NCBI RefSeq assembly: GCF_009914755.1
Contig: NC_060947.1
Direction: 5' to 3' (one strand)
From: the human T2T-CHM13v2.0 reference genome, Homo sapiens
Length of the DNA: 64,000 bases
The translations under genes were made by a program, and so were the position numbers. This document shows, in pieces, positions 1-13,999 of the stretch (within the stretch, counting starts at the first letter, position 1; each line of letters starts with the position of its first letter). Below the pieces are notes generated by a model. The model had not been told where the DNA came from and did no database searches. It worked only from the letters and a program-made list of their open reading frames with translations.

Positions 1-176
1 TAAGATATGTCCACTACAATACTACTAATATGGATCCAGAATGAATTGACTCAAATATTAGCCATGTAAGAATAATATTGGGATATGTTCTTGGAGAGTA
101 TTTATCATACTGTTCTAAAATTCAATCTGTAAATATTTCTCAAGAGACATCCAATTAGAATGCAAAATCATTGATC

Positions 177-394
177 AGGGTTTCTCAGGCTGGAAACTGT
201 TGATATTTTGGCTGAATATTCTTTGTTGTGGGAGTTGGCCTATGAATTGTAGGGTGTTTTGTAGTGGCACTGATATAGCCACTGGATGCTAGTAGCACCC
301 CCTCCTCAAGTTGTGACGATAAAAAAATGTCTGCAGACATTGTCATACATCTTCCCTGGGGTGGAGATTAAATCACCATCAGTTAAGAACCACC
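177..394. mobile_element. MER20-like hAT-Charlie DNA transposon remnant
   Basis: CAGGGTTTCTCA...TTCTTTGTTGTGG...GTAGCACCCC...GTTGTGAC...AAAATGTCTGCAGACATTG...GTTAAGAACCAC matches the recalled MER20 layout. Confidence 0.8.
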
Positions 395-622
395 ACCACA
401 GATAATGTCAGTCTTTAAATTTTAATACTAACCTGAGGCAGTCTTACCATTATTAAACCTTAACATGTTCACCTTACAGTGGTCCTTAGAGTGTTTTCAT
501 GGAACAAGAGAGAAATAAATGATTTGGGAATATATTTTGAAGATTTATGAAAGTGTGGAGGAAGGTGGAATCTAGGAAGGACCTATTTCTGGCCTGGATA
601 ACTTTATAAAAGGTGGAACCAT

Positions 623-1020
623 TGTATTAGTCCATTCTCACACTGCCATAAAGATCTACCTGAGAATGGATAAGTTATGAAGAAGAGAAGTTTAATTGAC
701 TCGCAGTTATGCAGGAGGTACAGGAACCATGGTTGGGGAGGCCTCAGGAAACTTACAATCATGGCAGAAGGCAAGGGAGAAGCAAGGCATTTCTTCCCAT
801 GGCAGGAGAAGGAGAAAGAGAGTGATGGAGGAAGTGCTACATGCTTTAAAACAACCAGATCTCCTGAGAACTGTATCACAAGACAACACTAGGGGGATGT
901 TGCTAAACCATTAGAAACCACCCCCATGATCCAATCACCTCCTGTCAGTTCACTCCCCCAACACTGGTGATTACAATTCAACATGAGATTTGGGTGAGGA
1001 CACGAAGCCAAACCATATCA
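623..1020 (-). mobile_element. MST/THE1-type MaLR solo LTR (MSTA-like)
   Basis: TGTATTAGTCC...CCAAACCATATCA termini; 5-bp TSD ACCAT at 618-622 and 1021-1025. Confidence 0.9.
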
Positions 1021-2289
1021 ACCATGAATAGAAAAATAGAATACAGGAAGAGGTGCAGGTGTTAGGGGTGTATAGTGAAGAAGAAAAACAACATGCTGAC
1101 TGTGAGTTTTTTAATGGAATATCCAAGTGGATGTATGAAACAAATAATCGAATATATAAATCTAAAACTCTGGGGTGATATTAGAACCAAGGGCGATTGG
1201 CAAGTAGATGGTAGTTACAAGGAAGAAAGAGATGGATAAAATTACTGAGGCACAGCACGTAGATAAAACAGAGCAATGATTTGGGTAGAGGCCTTGGAAT
1301 ATGAAAGATAGAGATAGAAAAACAAGTTAATTATAAACTTCAAAAAGGAACAGACAGAGTTAGGATTAGAAACAGGGGAAAAGAGGATAATAACATGACA
1401 CTGAAGGTAATTGATAGTTTAACCAAAGAAATGTGATGATTGGTGCCAAATAAAGCATCAAAGTCCAGGAAGATATCTATTGAATTTGACAATATTAAAT
1501 CAGTTTTTTAGATTTTTCAGTGGAAGTCTGGAGGTTTATCCTTCAAAGCCTGCTTTAGTCTCCTTATTCAATGATAACTTATTTCAGTCAGGCCAGGTCA
1601 TACTGATTTTCTCTTACATAGATGTCCGAAGGACCTCGCTATGCAATAATATTATTCAAGTTTGCATTTTATCATGGTATTTTCAAATATTTTGGCTTTA
1701 GGTACAAAGATCTCTCCAAAGGGATGCATAACTCTCTTTTCTCAACCCTTGTTCTGTTTTTTTTTTTACAGAGACCTCATGAAGGGGATCTTGTTTAAAG
1801 CTTTCTTAAAACCTTAGTTGTGAAGGGTTGAGAATGAACCAAAGTCTAAGAATGTTGACTTCTAAAGAACACTACTGATTTCCAATTCAGTGTTCTTTAT
1901 TCTTGGCTATATGTCTATCTACATATCTTGGTTAAGTATTTAGATTTTAATAGTTTATATAAGAGTTACCATGTGTTGTATTGGGGTATTTATAAGGAAA
2001 CAGTGTGTGCTTCTAGAAACTTATTCTTTTGCAACTGAATTTTTAAAAATCCAGTAATTTAATTGAATAAATTATTCACGCTCATTGCAGCGATACTATC
2101 AGGAAGTCTAAGATGAATTCTGTAGTCTTTCCTTCCCTTAGACTCTAATTCCAATCCTGAAATGTAATTGTTGTTTGTAATTTAGTGTGATTTCTTTCAT
2201 CCCTTTTTCTTTTTTATGCACATGTATAAAATCAAATATACCCTTATATGGTTGGGGATTAAAAGCAGTTTTACTGAATTAGAATGACA

Positions 2290-3081
2290 TGTGGAGAAAT
2301 GGGAAAACTTGCACACCATTGGTGGGGGTGTAAATTAGTACAGTCATTATGGAAAACTGTATGGAGGTTCCTCAAAAGACTAAAAATAGAATTACCATAT
2401 GATCCAGCAATCCCACTTTTGGGTATTGACCCAAAAGATTTGAAATTGATATGTCAAATAGATGCCTGCATTTCCATGTTCATTGTGGCACTATTCACAA
2501 TAGCCAACTTGTAGAATCAACTTAGTTTCCATCAACTAATGAATGGATAAATAATATGTGGTATATATACATGATGAAATACTATTCAACTGTAAAATAG
2601 AAGCAAATACTGTCATTTGCAGCAACATGCATGAACCTGGAGGACATTATGCTAAGTGAAATAAGCCAGGCACCGAAAAACAAATACCACATGTTCTTAC
2701 TATGTGGACTGTGAAACAATCTCAAAGTAGCAGAGAATTGAATAATGGTTACAGAAGCTGGAAAGAGGGAGGAATGGAGATATGATAGGCAAAGGACAGA
2801 AAACCTCAATGAGAATGGAAGAATCAATTTATTTTCTTTACTTTGAGATATATTGCACAGCATGGTTAATATACTAATAATAATGTGTTGTATATTTCAA
2901 AATCACTGAGTAAATTTCCAAATTTCTCACCACAAAAAGATAAGTATTTGAAGATAGATATGTTAGTTAAATTATTCCACAATGTATTCATAAATCACAG
3001 CATAATTTTGTATCTCATAAATATATGAAACTATAATTTGTCAATTTATAATTAAAATATAAAAAGTTTAAAGATTAAAAA
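2290..3081 (+). mobile_element. 5'-truncated L1MA-type LINE-1 3' end
   Basis: ORF2 C-terminal remnant ([26 protein letters not shown]), L1 3'UTR and A-rich tail; 13-bp TSD AATTAGAATGACA at 2277-2289 and 3082-3094. Confidence 0.9.
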
Positions 3082-3654
3082 AATTAGAATGACAAAATAT
3101 ATAAAAAATTGTGTAATTTGATATTTTAAAAATTTAATTCCATGTTAAGGACATCCCTTCTCAAGTCAGTACACCTGGATATACCACATTCAATATAAGC
3201 GTGGTATTTCAGAGTAGTAGATTTATTAATTATTAACTTAGTTGCTTATTCATTTAGTCACGTATTCATTAATTTAGTCACTCATTCACTGATGCATATT
3301 CATGCTGTTTTCAAGTTATTATAAACAATGCTTTAATAATGAACATTTATATTTTATATGGGCACATTCAACTAAAAGTGTTTTGTATATTTAAAATGCC
3401 ATTAAATTGTTGGAGTCCTTTCCCACTTTCCCTGATATAGCTTTTCTTCTTCTCTTCTTTCACTTTCCGAAAACTACTTTTTAATTGGCTTCTAGGTAGC
3501 TTTTACAGTCCCTTAGTTCAGTCAACCACCAATCACATCAGATTTTAAGGGTTGAGTTTTGGGATAAGATTTTTTTTTTTTAATTATTTGTTGCTAAGTA
3601 TTCTCCGTCATTTACCTTCCTCTCTGTGTTACGGGATTGTTTGGGTTTTGTTTT

Positions 3655-3690
<36 letters not shown>
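3655..3690. repeat. (GTT)n microsatellite
   Basis: About 11 GTT units read directly. Confidence 0.95.
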
Positions 3691-4404
3691 GGTTTTTGTT
3701 TTTGTTTTTGCCTTGCCACATCCTTATGGTGCCACTAGCTTGGGATCCAAGCAACAAAGACTTTTCATCTATTGCAGCTAAAAAATGGTATGTGATTGGT
3801 AACTCTAGCATTAATGTCAAAGCTGAGCATAGATGGCCTGTAACTGAAAAACTCATTTAGGTATAATAAAATCCACTCTTTTTACTTGATTGTAGTTACT
3901 GTTTTTCCAGTGATTATAGATTGCTTTGGAAAATACAAATACTTGGCTAATGGTTTTATTCTGCTACAATTTTCCTCATCCTCTTTTTATCTTCTTAAAA
4001 ATCCTTCCTTCTTATTCTCCATCAGGTTTTAGGATGCTGATGAGCCTAGCTAAGATGGTGAGAGATTAGAATACTAGAAAAATAAGGGCCCAGGAAATTG
4101 AGAACATTACTTAAAGAATTCCTACTCAGCAGAAATGCTCCCTATGCCTCTGAATCCACTCTCACTATATTGAAATTCTTGATGTAATCAAATATTCAAA
4201 ACTGGAAAATCTATAAGAATTTTCAGCATAACAAATACCATTGATTTCCATCTATTTTATTTCATGCCGCATCATTGCTAAGAATAACTTGTTCCTCATG
4301 TATTTTAAAATACCAGATTTTCTATAGAACATAGGAAGAATTGAATTACATGATATTTTTCTCTTTAATAATTGTGCAATGTACAAAGATCAAGAGGATG
4401 AGAA

Positions 4405-4545
4405 TTGGGCTTTTGTCAGGGTCTGCTACTTACTAGCCATGTGATCTCGGTCAAACCATTTAATTTCTTTGGGCCTTGGTTTCTTAATATAAGGGGAAGG
4501 CAAATAGATTCTCCAAAGAATTTCTAATTCCAAAATTGTATGATC
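4405..4545 (+). mobile_element. MIR-family SINE fragment
   Basis: CTACTTACTAGCCATGTGATCTCGG...TTTAATTTCTTTGGGCCTTGGTTTC core-like motif. Confidence 0.6.
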
Positions 4546-5591
4546 CTTCAATTCCATTGAGGATAGAATCTCATTAAACTTGGACCAGTGGAGTCCCTTG
4601 AAATGAAAATGTCTTGGTATGATTGCCATTGTAATGTGTAAATGTTCTGAAATTAAATCAATAAAGTGTAATCCTTACTGCTCTTTTTTATGCATGGTTT
4701 TATTGTGTGATGTTAAACAGCTACTGCATTCTATTATGGCTGTAGTCCTTCAGTTCTGGTTGAAATAACTCCTATGTATATACTGAGAAACAAGGCTAAT
4801 GCATGATTCAGCACCTTTATAAATCAAAGATTCTATTACAGGCAGAAAATAGCCCAACAAAAGCTATTCTATTACATTTCAATACCATAGAAAAGAAGAG
4901 ACTATATCAAGTGGCAAACATAAGTCCTCTCTTTTTATTTTGCAATGCAATAAAAAGGCTATGTAGGATTTAGTAGTTTCTTCTGTCCCGTGGTTACTAC
5001 ATTAACACTTACATTGAATGATATTATTTAAAAGTCCATTTTTTTTTCAGAATGTCAATTATCTTCCAAGCTTTGGTAAAGAGATGGACTCTGCAGAGTA
5101 AAGAGGATTATTTTTTTCAATCTAGTTCAATTGGAGTTTTATTTCCTGATGGCTAACCAGGAACAGCTTCACAAAACCTACATTAGGAGAACAATCCACA
5201 TATATAGGTTTTGAACAATATGCACACATATATATGTTCGTATTTGTATATAAGTACACATTGAATATACAAATATATACATTTGTACTTATATATAAAG
5301 TGAATTGATTTGATAAAACAATTATATTAAATATAAATCTAGGTGCAAAATTTTCTTAAAGTTTTTATTGTTGTGTAGTCCATCCCCACTCCTCCAGGTA
5401 TAACCCTAAAGTTCCAGGCTTATATTTTATTGATAAAGAGGAATTAGACATTTGTTCTGAATATTTCCTCTACCATTTCAAGAAGACAAGCTCGGAATAG
5501 TCATTATAGCTGCCATTTAGAAATCAATAACAATTACAGTTCCCATATATAGTACGTTGAGTAATTCACTTCACCCCAGTCCCTTTTGGCC

Positions 5592-5972
5592 TGGAACTTC
5601 AAACTTGCAAAATTTATTTGGCATAGGCAACCAATTAACTTTAGAAGAGGCATGATATTAATAAATTATTTAATGCATAAAGCCCCTTAATTACATATTA
5701 GAATACTACATACTAGATAGCAGCAACTATGGAAAATATGTGATAATAATCCTACTCTATAGAATTTCAAAATTTATATGATAAAACAGAAATGACAATC
5801 TTGTGGAAACTTCAAACTTACAAAATTTATTTGGCATAGGCAACCAATTAATTTTAGAAGAGGCATGATACTAAATAATTTAATACATTAAGCCCCTTAA
5901 TTACACATTAGAATACTACATACCAGTATTTCAAAATTTAGAAGATAAAATAGAAACGATAATCTTGTGGAA
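5592..5972. repeat. Diverged tandem duplication, ~212-bp unit; second copy has a ~45-bp internal deletion
   Basis: AACTTCAAACTT..AAAATTTATTTGGCATAGGCAACCAATTAA.. occurs at ~5595 and ~5808; both copies end AATCTTGTGGAAA. Confidence 0.9.
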
Positions 5973-7011
5973 ATTTTTAGGGAATGGGAAGGTTTGAGAA
6001 TAAGGGAGTGGGTGATGGAGAAGGAGAGATGGCGGTAAAATAGGTATTTTCAAAACCATAACCCCCAGCAGGCCATAAATCTGGTTACTTTGATTTTCTC
6101 ATTATAATTATTCAGTTTGAATGAAGCTACCTTTCTTCCACCATTTTAGATAATAACTTAAGTGAGGAAGCAGTGTTTCCTTAAGAACTTGGTGGATTAT
6201 ATCTACTCCCTAAAGATATAAACTTGTGTCCTACCATAATTTTTCTTCTCATTTGCAGTTAGCATTCGTGAATACAGAAACTATTTCTTATTTTCCCTGA
6301 ACAGCAGGAAATACATGATCAACTTCTGATCTTATTCTAAAACAGTTAAATAATACACTAATGTTATCTTAGAAAGTAGAATTTAAACAAGTGCCCTATC
6401 ATCACAAAAACATTCTTGCATAGTAATAGGTTAAAATAATGCATTTGGCCAATAGAACCTATACTGTTAGGAGTTACATAAATTAACTTGACACATTAAA
6501 GTAATCCCCAAGTATCTAATTCTAATAATATTTCATGATATGGATACAGAATACTTTAATAATTCAAAACTAGAATTGAATTACTCTATTATTTGTATAG
6601 TGAGATAAATCTGTTATTTCTGAGATCCAAAGAAATAACACATTAATACACCCTCAGTGAAGTAAAATCAATCCTACAGGTCATTGCTTGACTTTGTGGG
6701 TTAAAATTGCTTTCAACATCTTATTATTAGCACTGTTGTACTGGAGGCTTCTAACTCCATTATCATGGAGGCAGAATTTCACTTCTTATAATGGCGTGCT
6801 ACCTTTAAAAATGCAAAGTTTTAAGTACAGGATGCTTTGAGTGTACTTGATTTTTTTCTAAATTAAAAGAGATTGGATTTATTGTCAATAACTTGTCACA
6901 CAGGCAAACTTTCAAATTTACAAGTATTGAAAAATGCTAGAATGCTAGAAGAATAGATAAGTAAATGAATTACTGGCACATTTAAGAATGCTTTTGAAAT
7001 AGATGGTTGTG

Positions 7012-7399
7012 TGTTATGGTTTGAATGTCCTCTCAAAAACTCATGCTGAAATTTAATTGCCATTGTATCAGTGTTGAGAAGTGGGACCTTTAAGAGGTGA
7101 TTAGGTCATCAGGGCTCTGCCCTAATGAATGGATTAAAGCCATTATCAAGAGAGTGGGTTAGTTATCGTAGGAGCAGGCTCCTGATGAAAAAGTTTGGCT
7201 CCCTTTCTCCCTCTGTCTTACATGCTCTCTTGCAAGTCTGCCTTCCACCATGGGATGTTGAACACAAAGGCCCTCACTGATGTGGGCCCCTTGACCTTGG
7301 ACTTCCCAGCCGCCAGAACTGTAAGAAATGCATTTCTTTCTAAAATAAATTACCCTGTCTGCGGTATTATGTTAGAACAACACAAAATGGACTGTGATG
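7012..7399 (+). mobile_element. MSTC/MSTD-type MaLR solo LTR
   Basis: TGTTATGGTTTGAATGT...GGGACCTTTAAGAGGTGATTAGGTC...GGACTTCCCAGCC...ATAAATTACCC; near-TSD TTGTG/CTGTG. Confidence 0.85.
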
Positions 7400-8361
7400 C
7401 TGTGTTTATTGTTGGCGCATTTTACCTTCTTTATCACCTTCTTAATTTAGATCTCTCTCAAGCTGAAGAAGACTAGATGAGAGAATCAACTTCTGTCATT
7501 TTATTTTACTGCCAAATCCACACTGTGATTTTTTTCCACATGCTGCTTCCAAATGTCATAAGATTATAAGCTGTTTGTTTTTACTCGAGTTTAAGTGGCT
7601 TTGCATATGAGAAATGAATAGGATTATGTGTGTGCATACCTGGTGTATATCTAAGGGAACCAATACTAAAAATATCCTGCCAATCAACAGGTTTAAAAAT
7701 CTAATAAAAATGTTTTCAATGTAGCGCAGTCCTTTGCTGCAGACTTGAGCAAACATCTAGTTACCTCTATTTCTTCATTCTTTTTTATTTTCATATGAGA
7801 AAAATGAGTTTGTCTTTAATTTGCTTTTTATTTATGTGTGCACTAAACCAAAAAACTACGATAGAGTTTATACATTCTGGAACTGACAAAATAGAGTTAT
7901 CAGCTCTAAACAATGCTTATATATTGTCCTAACTATGTATCAACAGAGTAATAAAGTTTATATATTATTCTTGAAATAGAATCTCTCAGAGTTGTACTTG
8001 ATTTTTATCCAAAATAATGCCATCACTCCTTATTATTCTTTAACTAAATATGTTCATTTGAATAGAAGAGCTGAATAAATTACTTTGTTTAAAGAGGGCA
8101 TTTCATTTTAATTAAGGAAACAAATTACTGATCCTTCTCAGAAATTTTTGGCTGAACCTTAGGGAGTAGTTTATGTAAAATTTACAAAGGAAAAAATAGA
8201 AGGATATGTTTGGCTTATATGTAACTTTCTTATTTCAATTTATGTTTTCCAATTTAGGAAATTTGTATTTAAATTGCTTCTGCCCTGCACAAAGTTGAAA
8301 AAAGTATTTGAAATTATCTAATGGGTTTGTGTTTAGACAATCTTAAAAAAAGTAAGATGTT

Positions 8362-8665
<304 letters not shown>

Positions 8666-9264
8666 AAAAAGTAAGATGCTAATGTTTCCTCTCAGGAAGA
8701 GATAATAGCTGATACCAAGTTGTGATCCCCTACGGACAGTTAAGAAACTGAGATAAGGGAGGAAGAAGCAGCCAGCAGGAACACTGAGAAAAGATTGCAT
8801 TAGAAGTCTTAGTATCCACTGGTCATGAAGAAAATTCTATGGTGCCTAAACTTTATAACAAATGTCAATTAGGAATTTCAAAATCAGCTATTTCCAGTGC
8901 ACTTTGTGTATCTGCATCTATCAGTGATTTTAATTTAACCTCTTTGAATTCCAAACTTCTTTACACTTTCTGTACCTTATCTTCCATAGAACTGGTATCT
9001 ATCCAAGGCTGTTGCATATGGTTGTTAAAACTGCTCACCATACAGTTGCCAAATCCCTATACCCTGATGCTGGGCTGTATCCACAAGGATGCGCAGAGAG
9101 GTGTTGTGTGCACCAGCAGTTTTCTGACTCTATCTCAAGGATAATTGCTTCCTCTGTAACCCGCCTCCTTCAATGGACAGTGAACAATGTCCACGCTTCT
9201 GGTCTCATGGTTACTTATGAAAGAACATTTCAGAAATCTCAAGCTCCCAAGTCTGCCTCCAAAT

Positions 9265-9893
9265 AAGGTGACCATATAGTCCGTTTTGCCTGGGACAGTC
9301 CTGGTTTGCACCTGTTGCTGTTATATAATTACTCACAATGCTCCTTTTTGCTACCTGTGATAGCCTGAAAAAAAAGTTATCCACATATTAATCCTTGGAA
9401 CTTGTGAACGTTAACTTACATGCAGGGGGACCAAAGTCTTTGCAGATGTGATTAGGTGAACCACTTTGAGATGGGAAGGATAATCCTGATTATCTGAGTA
9501 ATCCCTATTACTGAGTATTCTTAATCTCATGTACCCTCAATACAGAGGCAGAAAAAAAATTTGACAGACACAAAGGAGGAGAAAGTGATGTGATCATGGA
9601 GGCAGAGATTGGAGTTATGCAGCCACATGACAAGGAATGTTGGCAACTATCAGAAACTGGAAAGATGCAAGGATTAGAGTCTCTTTTAGACTCTGGAGGG
9701 AGCATGGCCTAGCTGGCACCTTGGTTTCAGCACAGTGAAACTGATGTAGGACTTCTGGCCTCCAGAACTGTGAGAGAACAAATTTATGTTATTTTAAGCA
9801 AACCAAGTTTGGTAATTTGTTACAGCAGCCACAGGGAATGAAAACATTGTGAAAAGTTTTCCATTTTGAAAGATAAATAATATGCTAATTCTA
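9265..9893. mobile_element. MER94-like hAT-Blackjack element split by the MLT1 LTR
   Basis: Left arm TAAGGTGACC..TTTGCCTGGGACAGTCCTGGTTT (9265-9350); right arm AAAAGTTTTCCATTTTGAAAGATAAATAATATG (9850-9893). Confidence 0.55.
9356..9846 (+). mobile_element. MLT1C/D-type MaLR solo LTR
   Basis: CTTTGCAGATGTGATTA..GGAGGCAGAGATTGGAG..GGACTTCTGGCCTCCAGAACTGTGAGAG..GTAATTTGTTACAGCAGCC. Confidence 0.85.
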
Positions 9894-11569
9894 CCTCCAA
9901 ACTGTGTCAATTATAAAGATCCTTTCTTTGAGGACCATGACATTGGGCTAAAGGACTATCAACTTCTTATTGTAATTGATCAATCTCCTAGTTGTCCTAA
10001 TTTATTCTCTGAGGTTTCAGCTCCCCTGACCATAATCTTAGCCAGGTTCAGTATGCCATTGGTTGATATGTCAGGCACCCTGCCTTTGTACTTCCCTGTC
10101 TTTCTTAAATTCAGCCATTTTGTCTATTGAAATTGATATCTCATTCAAGATTTGTCAGTGCTCATGACTGCTCTGTTTCTTAAATTCAAATTCCCCACCA
10201 TTTCAATGCAATATCTTACCTTCTTATACACTCAGACAAGTGCAATTATCTTCAACCATATAGAAACCCCAGCTACTGATTGCTCTGCTTTCTTCCAAGA
10301 TATAAGCCTGCTCATTACCTTTCTCTCTCCTCTTAGCTACCTCTGTTGATTACCTGCACTATATGCGAATAATTTTCTCAACAACTTTAAACTATTGTCT
10401 TTTTACCACACCAAACTGACAAAATCTTATCTCTATAAACAATACAATACTCTTCTCTTACCACTCCTATATTGTTTACTAAACCCGGTTGCAGAAAAAT
10501 AGCATAACCCTATGGACAGGATAAATTCATATTCTCGAATGCATTTGCAACCAGAGTAGAACCAGGAGTATTTTTGTTTCTTTTTGGACTATATTATTTC
10601 TCATTGCTCTCAGCTAGTGGACAATTTATTTGCTGTCCTTACATCTCATTCTACCATTTCTCTCCACTCTCAGCTGATGAATATAACATCTGTTTTATCA
10701 ATAAATGGTCATGCTCAGATATGATTTTTCTCAACGATTGGCTTCCAATTACCCATAGCCTGCATTAATATTAATTTTTACCTCCTTTCAGCTACTCTTG
10801 GAGGAAAAAGTGTTAGCCCTCTACTTGTGCTCTTGATGTCATTTTCTCCTGTATCCTTGAGTTTCATCTCTCATCTTTCAAAAATGTTCCCCATTTCTCC
10901 AGCTTCCTATTTCTTCTTTTCAGTCTGTAAACACACCCACATAGGCACAGAAATATATTCAAATAGTCTTTGACCCTCAAATCCTTCCTATATACTTACA
11001 CCAAAGAGTTTTCACTTTTCTTTGTTCTAAGAAAATATTTTTAATTATATTACATTACATTATATATAATACATTGCACCCATATATATTCCAATAGCTC
11101 ATTATGACTTATTACAAAAACACTTCACTCCTACCCCCGAGTTTCACTCCTCTGAAGTAATCAGTTTCAACTCTGTCAAAAATACAATCATCAGATCAAA
11201 TTTTAAAAAAAATTTTAAAGTTTTTTGTGCATAGAAAAGGACAGTTTGCAAACCAGGACTCCTCAAACCAAGAGCAGTAAGAAGCCCACTTCACAGCACA
11301 GTTTATAAAACATAAAGGATGAAGTATTTTGGCCTTTTTCATGATTGGCTGTTATATGTTAACATTCTTTTTAGCAAACAAAGCTGATTAAGCTGATTTC
11401 TCTATAGCTGATTAGCTTCATTTCACTGAATCATGCTGATGAGGATGTAAAACTGTTTTGGATTTAAGATTAAGGATAGTGTTTTAGGAAGTTCAGGATG
11501 ATTTAAATTTTGGTTAAGTAACTATGGGCCTTAAAGTATATTTAAACTGTGGGTTTAAAGCTTTTAGCT

Positions 11570-12030
11570 TTAGCTCCCCGTTCTATGCCCTGGGAGGATG
11601 ACTTCTATGGACTGGATCAGCAGGTTTCCCTTGAACTTTGGCTTTTAATTTCACTTTGGCAGTGACAGGTATTGGCAGGAAATCAAAGGGCAGAAGCAGA
11701 GAGAGGTCAGGTATATATTCCTGCTCCCTGATGATCCTTCCCTATCAGATTACAGTTTAATGGTCATTGTGTTCCCCTACCTATGGCCCCATCTCTTGTT
11801 CAGTGATTCTTTCCCACAGTTGGAGGTCTTTCTAGTTCCATTAACACGGCTCCACCCTTTGCCTCCTTTTAAGGGATGGGAAAAACTTCCCACTATTGTT
11901 AGTTCCTGGGTGCATCTCCATTTTTAATGCATTCCTCAGCCCTGCCCTCCACTCTAAAAATAGCCTCTTCATTAAATTCTCTTCAACTACTTTGAATAAG
12001 ATGTTTTCTGCAGAGACCATGATTAAGGAC
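11570..12030 (+). mobile_element. LTR33-like ERVL LTR fragment
   Basis: GGGAGGATGACTTCTATGGACT..GGCAGGAAATCAAAGGG..GAGGTCAGG..TTCATTAAATTCTCTTCAA resembles recalled LTR33. Confidence 0.6.
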
Positions 12031-12093
12031 TATTTCACTCTCATTGCTTACTCACACACTTACCCTCTTTCTCCCATCCTCTCAGTGTGGTTA

Positions 12094-12540
12094 TGTATCA
12101 GTTAGACTACAACCAGAAAAAAAAAAAAAAAAGAAACTAAAAAAATTCTTGAAACATTTAAACAGATGGAATTTAAGAGAATTGGCTCTTCACTTGATGG
12201 TAACAGTTTGGGCAACACAGATTAATATCAGCAGAAAGCAGTTACCACTCCTAGGCTAGAGGTACTAGGGTGGTTTTACTGGCCTCCAGAGCCCAAGGTC
12301 ACTTGGTAAATGTTGGAACCACAAGAACAATTGTCTGGAAGGGCTACTGGAGCAAAGGAGATGCAAACTTTGCTAGAAAAGCCAGCTGAAGCATAGAGGA
12401 AGAAGAAGAAACCTGGATTCCCTCTACTTCATGCCCTCCAGTCTCCCTTAGGTGCCTCCCTCTGGCTGAACCTACATGGAAGCCAGAGGAGAAGAAAACT
12501 TGGAAATATATGTGCAGGAGTCATCACTCTGAGATATAGA
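12094..12540 (-). mobile_element. Old ERVL-class LTR (LTR41/LTR50-like)
   Basis: TGTATCAGTTAG start; GCAGAAAGCAGTTACCACTCCTAGGCT; GGTGCCTCCCTCTGGCTGAACCTA; subfamily uncertain. Confidence 0.4.
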
Positions 12541-12944
12541 AAAAAAAGTCCAAGGGAAATTCTGGGGTATTTCAATTCTTTTATGTAGGCAACCATTCAA
12601 TCCAGGGTAAAAGCCAAAGCTCAAGTAAGTGTACCTATGTGGATAAATTTTACCTGATGTTTACCCTTATGTTCTATTCTCCTTGGTCCAGCAAACTTCA
12701 AATCCATTCCCAGAATATGTTCTGATTTCTTACCTATACGATTAGTAAGAACTTGCAACTACATTGGATAAAAGTGCTAGCTCCTTCCCAGATCTTGAAA
12801 TTCTCCCCTGAATAATACTAGGACCTGACTCTTAAGGGCAACGTGGAGGCAATATGAATGGTGGAGTTTGGTCTTGAGGAGCTGTCTTTCTTTTGCAAGA
12901 CAGCTGTCTCTGAGAGGTCATTAAATGTTCCTTTTTATTTTTTT

Positions 12945-13416
12945 CAAAAGCAGCTTTATTTTTAATAGCCCAAACCTGAAGACAACCCAAAAGTCCATAG
13001 AAACTTACGGATAAACAATTGTGGTATATCCACACAGTGAAATATTACTCAGCAATAAAAAGAAATATCTACTGATATTCTTAACTTTGATTGAACTCTA
13101 CAAAAGGATGCTTACTGAAAGATGGTAGACAAAAAATAAGCGCTCACTGTATGATTACATTTGTATAAAATTCTAAGAAATGCAAAGTAATGTGTGGTGA
13201 TAAAAAACAAATCAGTGGTTGTATGCAGATGAGAGATCAAGGAGGGACAAAACAAAGAGATTATTAAAGGCATAAGAAAACTTCTGGGGGTGATACGGTC
13301 ATTACCTTAATTGTGACAATGGTATCATAGGTATATATATGTGTCAAAATTTAACAAATTTTACAATTTAAATATGTGCAGTTTATTGTATTCCAATTAT
13401 ACACCAATAAAGCTGT
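12945..13416 (+). mobile_element. Old L1M (MC/MD/ME) 3' end
   Basis: AGCAGCTTTATT..ATAGCCCAAAC..TGTGGTATATCCACACAGTGAAATATTACTCAGCAATAAAAAG..CAATAAAGCTGTT. Confidence 0.8.
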
Positions 13417-13659
13417 TATGGCTACCCATAAAAATCTGAATCTTCCATTTCTCTTGGAACATCAACCAACCCTATATTAACTCAACTATTTCCCATTTCC
13501 TATATAATGGGAGGGTCATCTCTGCCTCGGTTTAGAAACTGCAGAGCAATGAAGGCCACATCCACCTGAACTCTAGATGGGTCACACAATACCCATCCCT
13601 GGACTGCAAAATGTCTCAAACTGTATCAATATGAAGGTTCTTACTTATTAGTTTTATTT

Positions 13660-13899
13660 ATTTTTTAAAAGTTTTTAAAAATTTTTTTTAAAAAATTTAT
13701 ATTCATTTTATTTTATACTTTGAATTTTTTTAATTTTAGATTTTTAAAATATTTTGAATTTTTTTAATTAAACAAAAAACTATTTTATTTTTAGAGACGT
13801 GGGTCTCATTATGAGGCCCAGACTGGCCTGGAACTCCTGGGCTCCCACCTCAGCCTCCCCAGTAGCTGAGACTACAGGCATGTGCCACTGCACCCAGCT
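13660..13899 (-). mobile_element. FLAM/FAM Alu monomer with ~130-bp expanded AT-rich tail
   Basis: Monomer at 13790-13899; TSD TAGTTTTATTT at 13649-13659 and 13900-13910. Confidence 0.8.
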
Positions 13900-13999
13900 T
13901 AGTTTTATTTTTGGAAAGATGTTTTATCTAAATAAGATGTAATCAAACATATTTCAGGATTTCTAACTGAAACAATATTTACCAGAGTCATCCTTACTA

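Noticed and set aside
5200-5300. TA-rich imperfect palindrome
   Set aside because: Low-complexity (TA)n-derived sequence where self-complementarity is expected
11175-11560. Possible antisense ERV1-type LTR
   Set aside because: TG start and general resemblance only; family and ends could not be established
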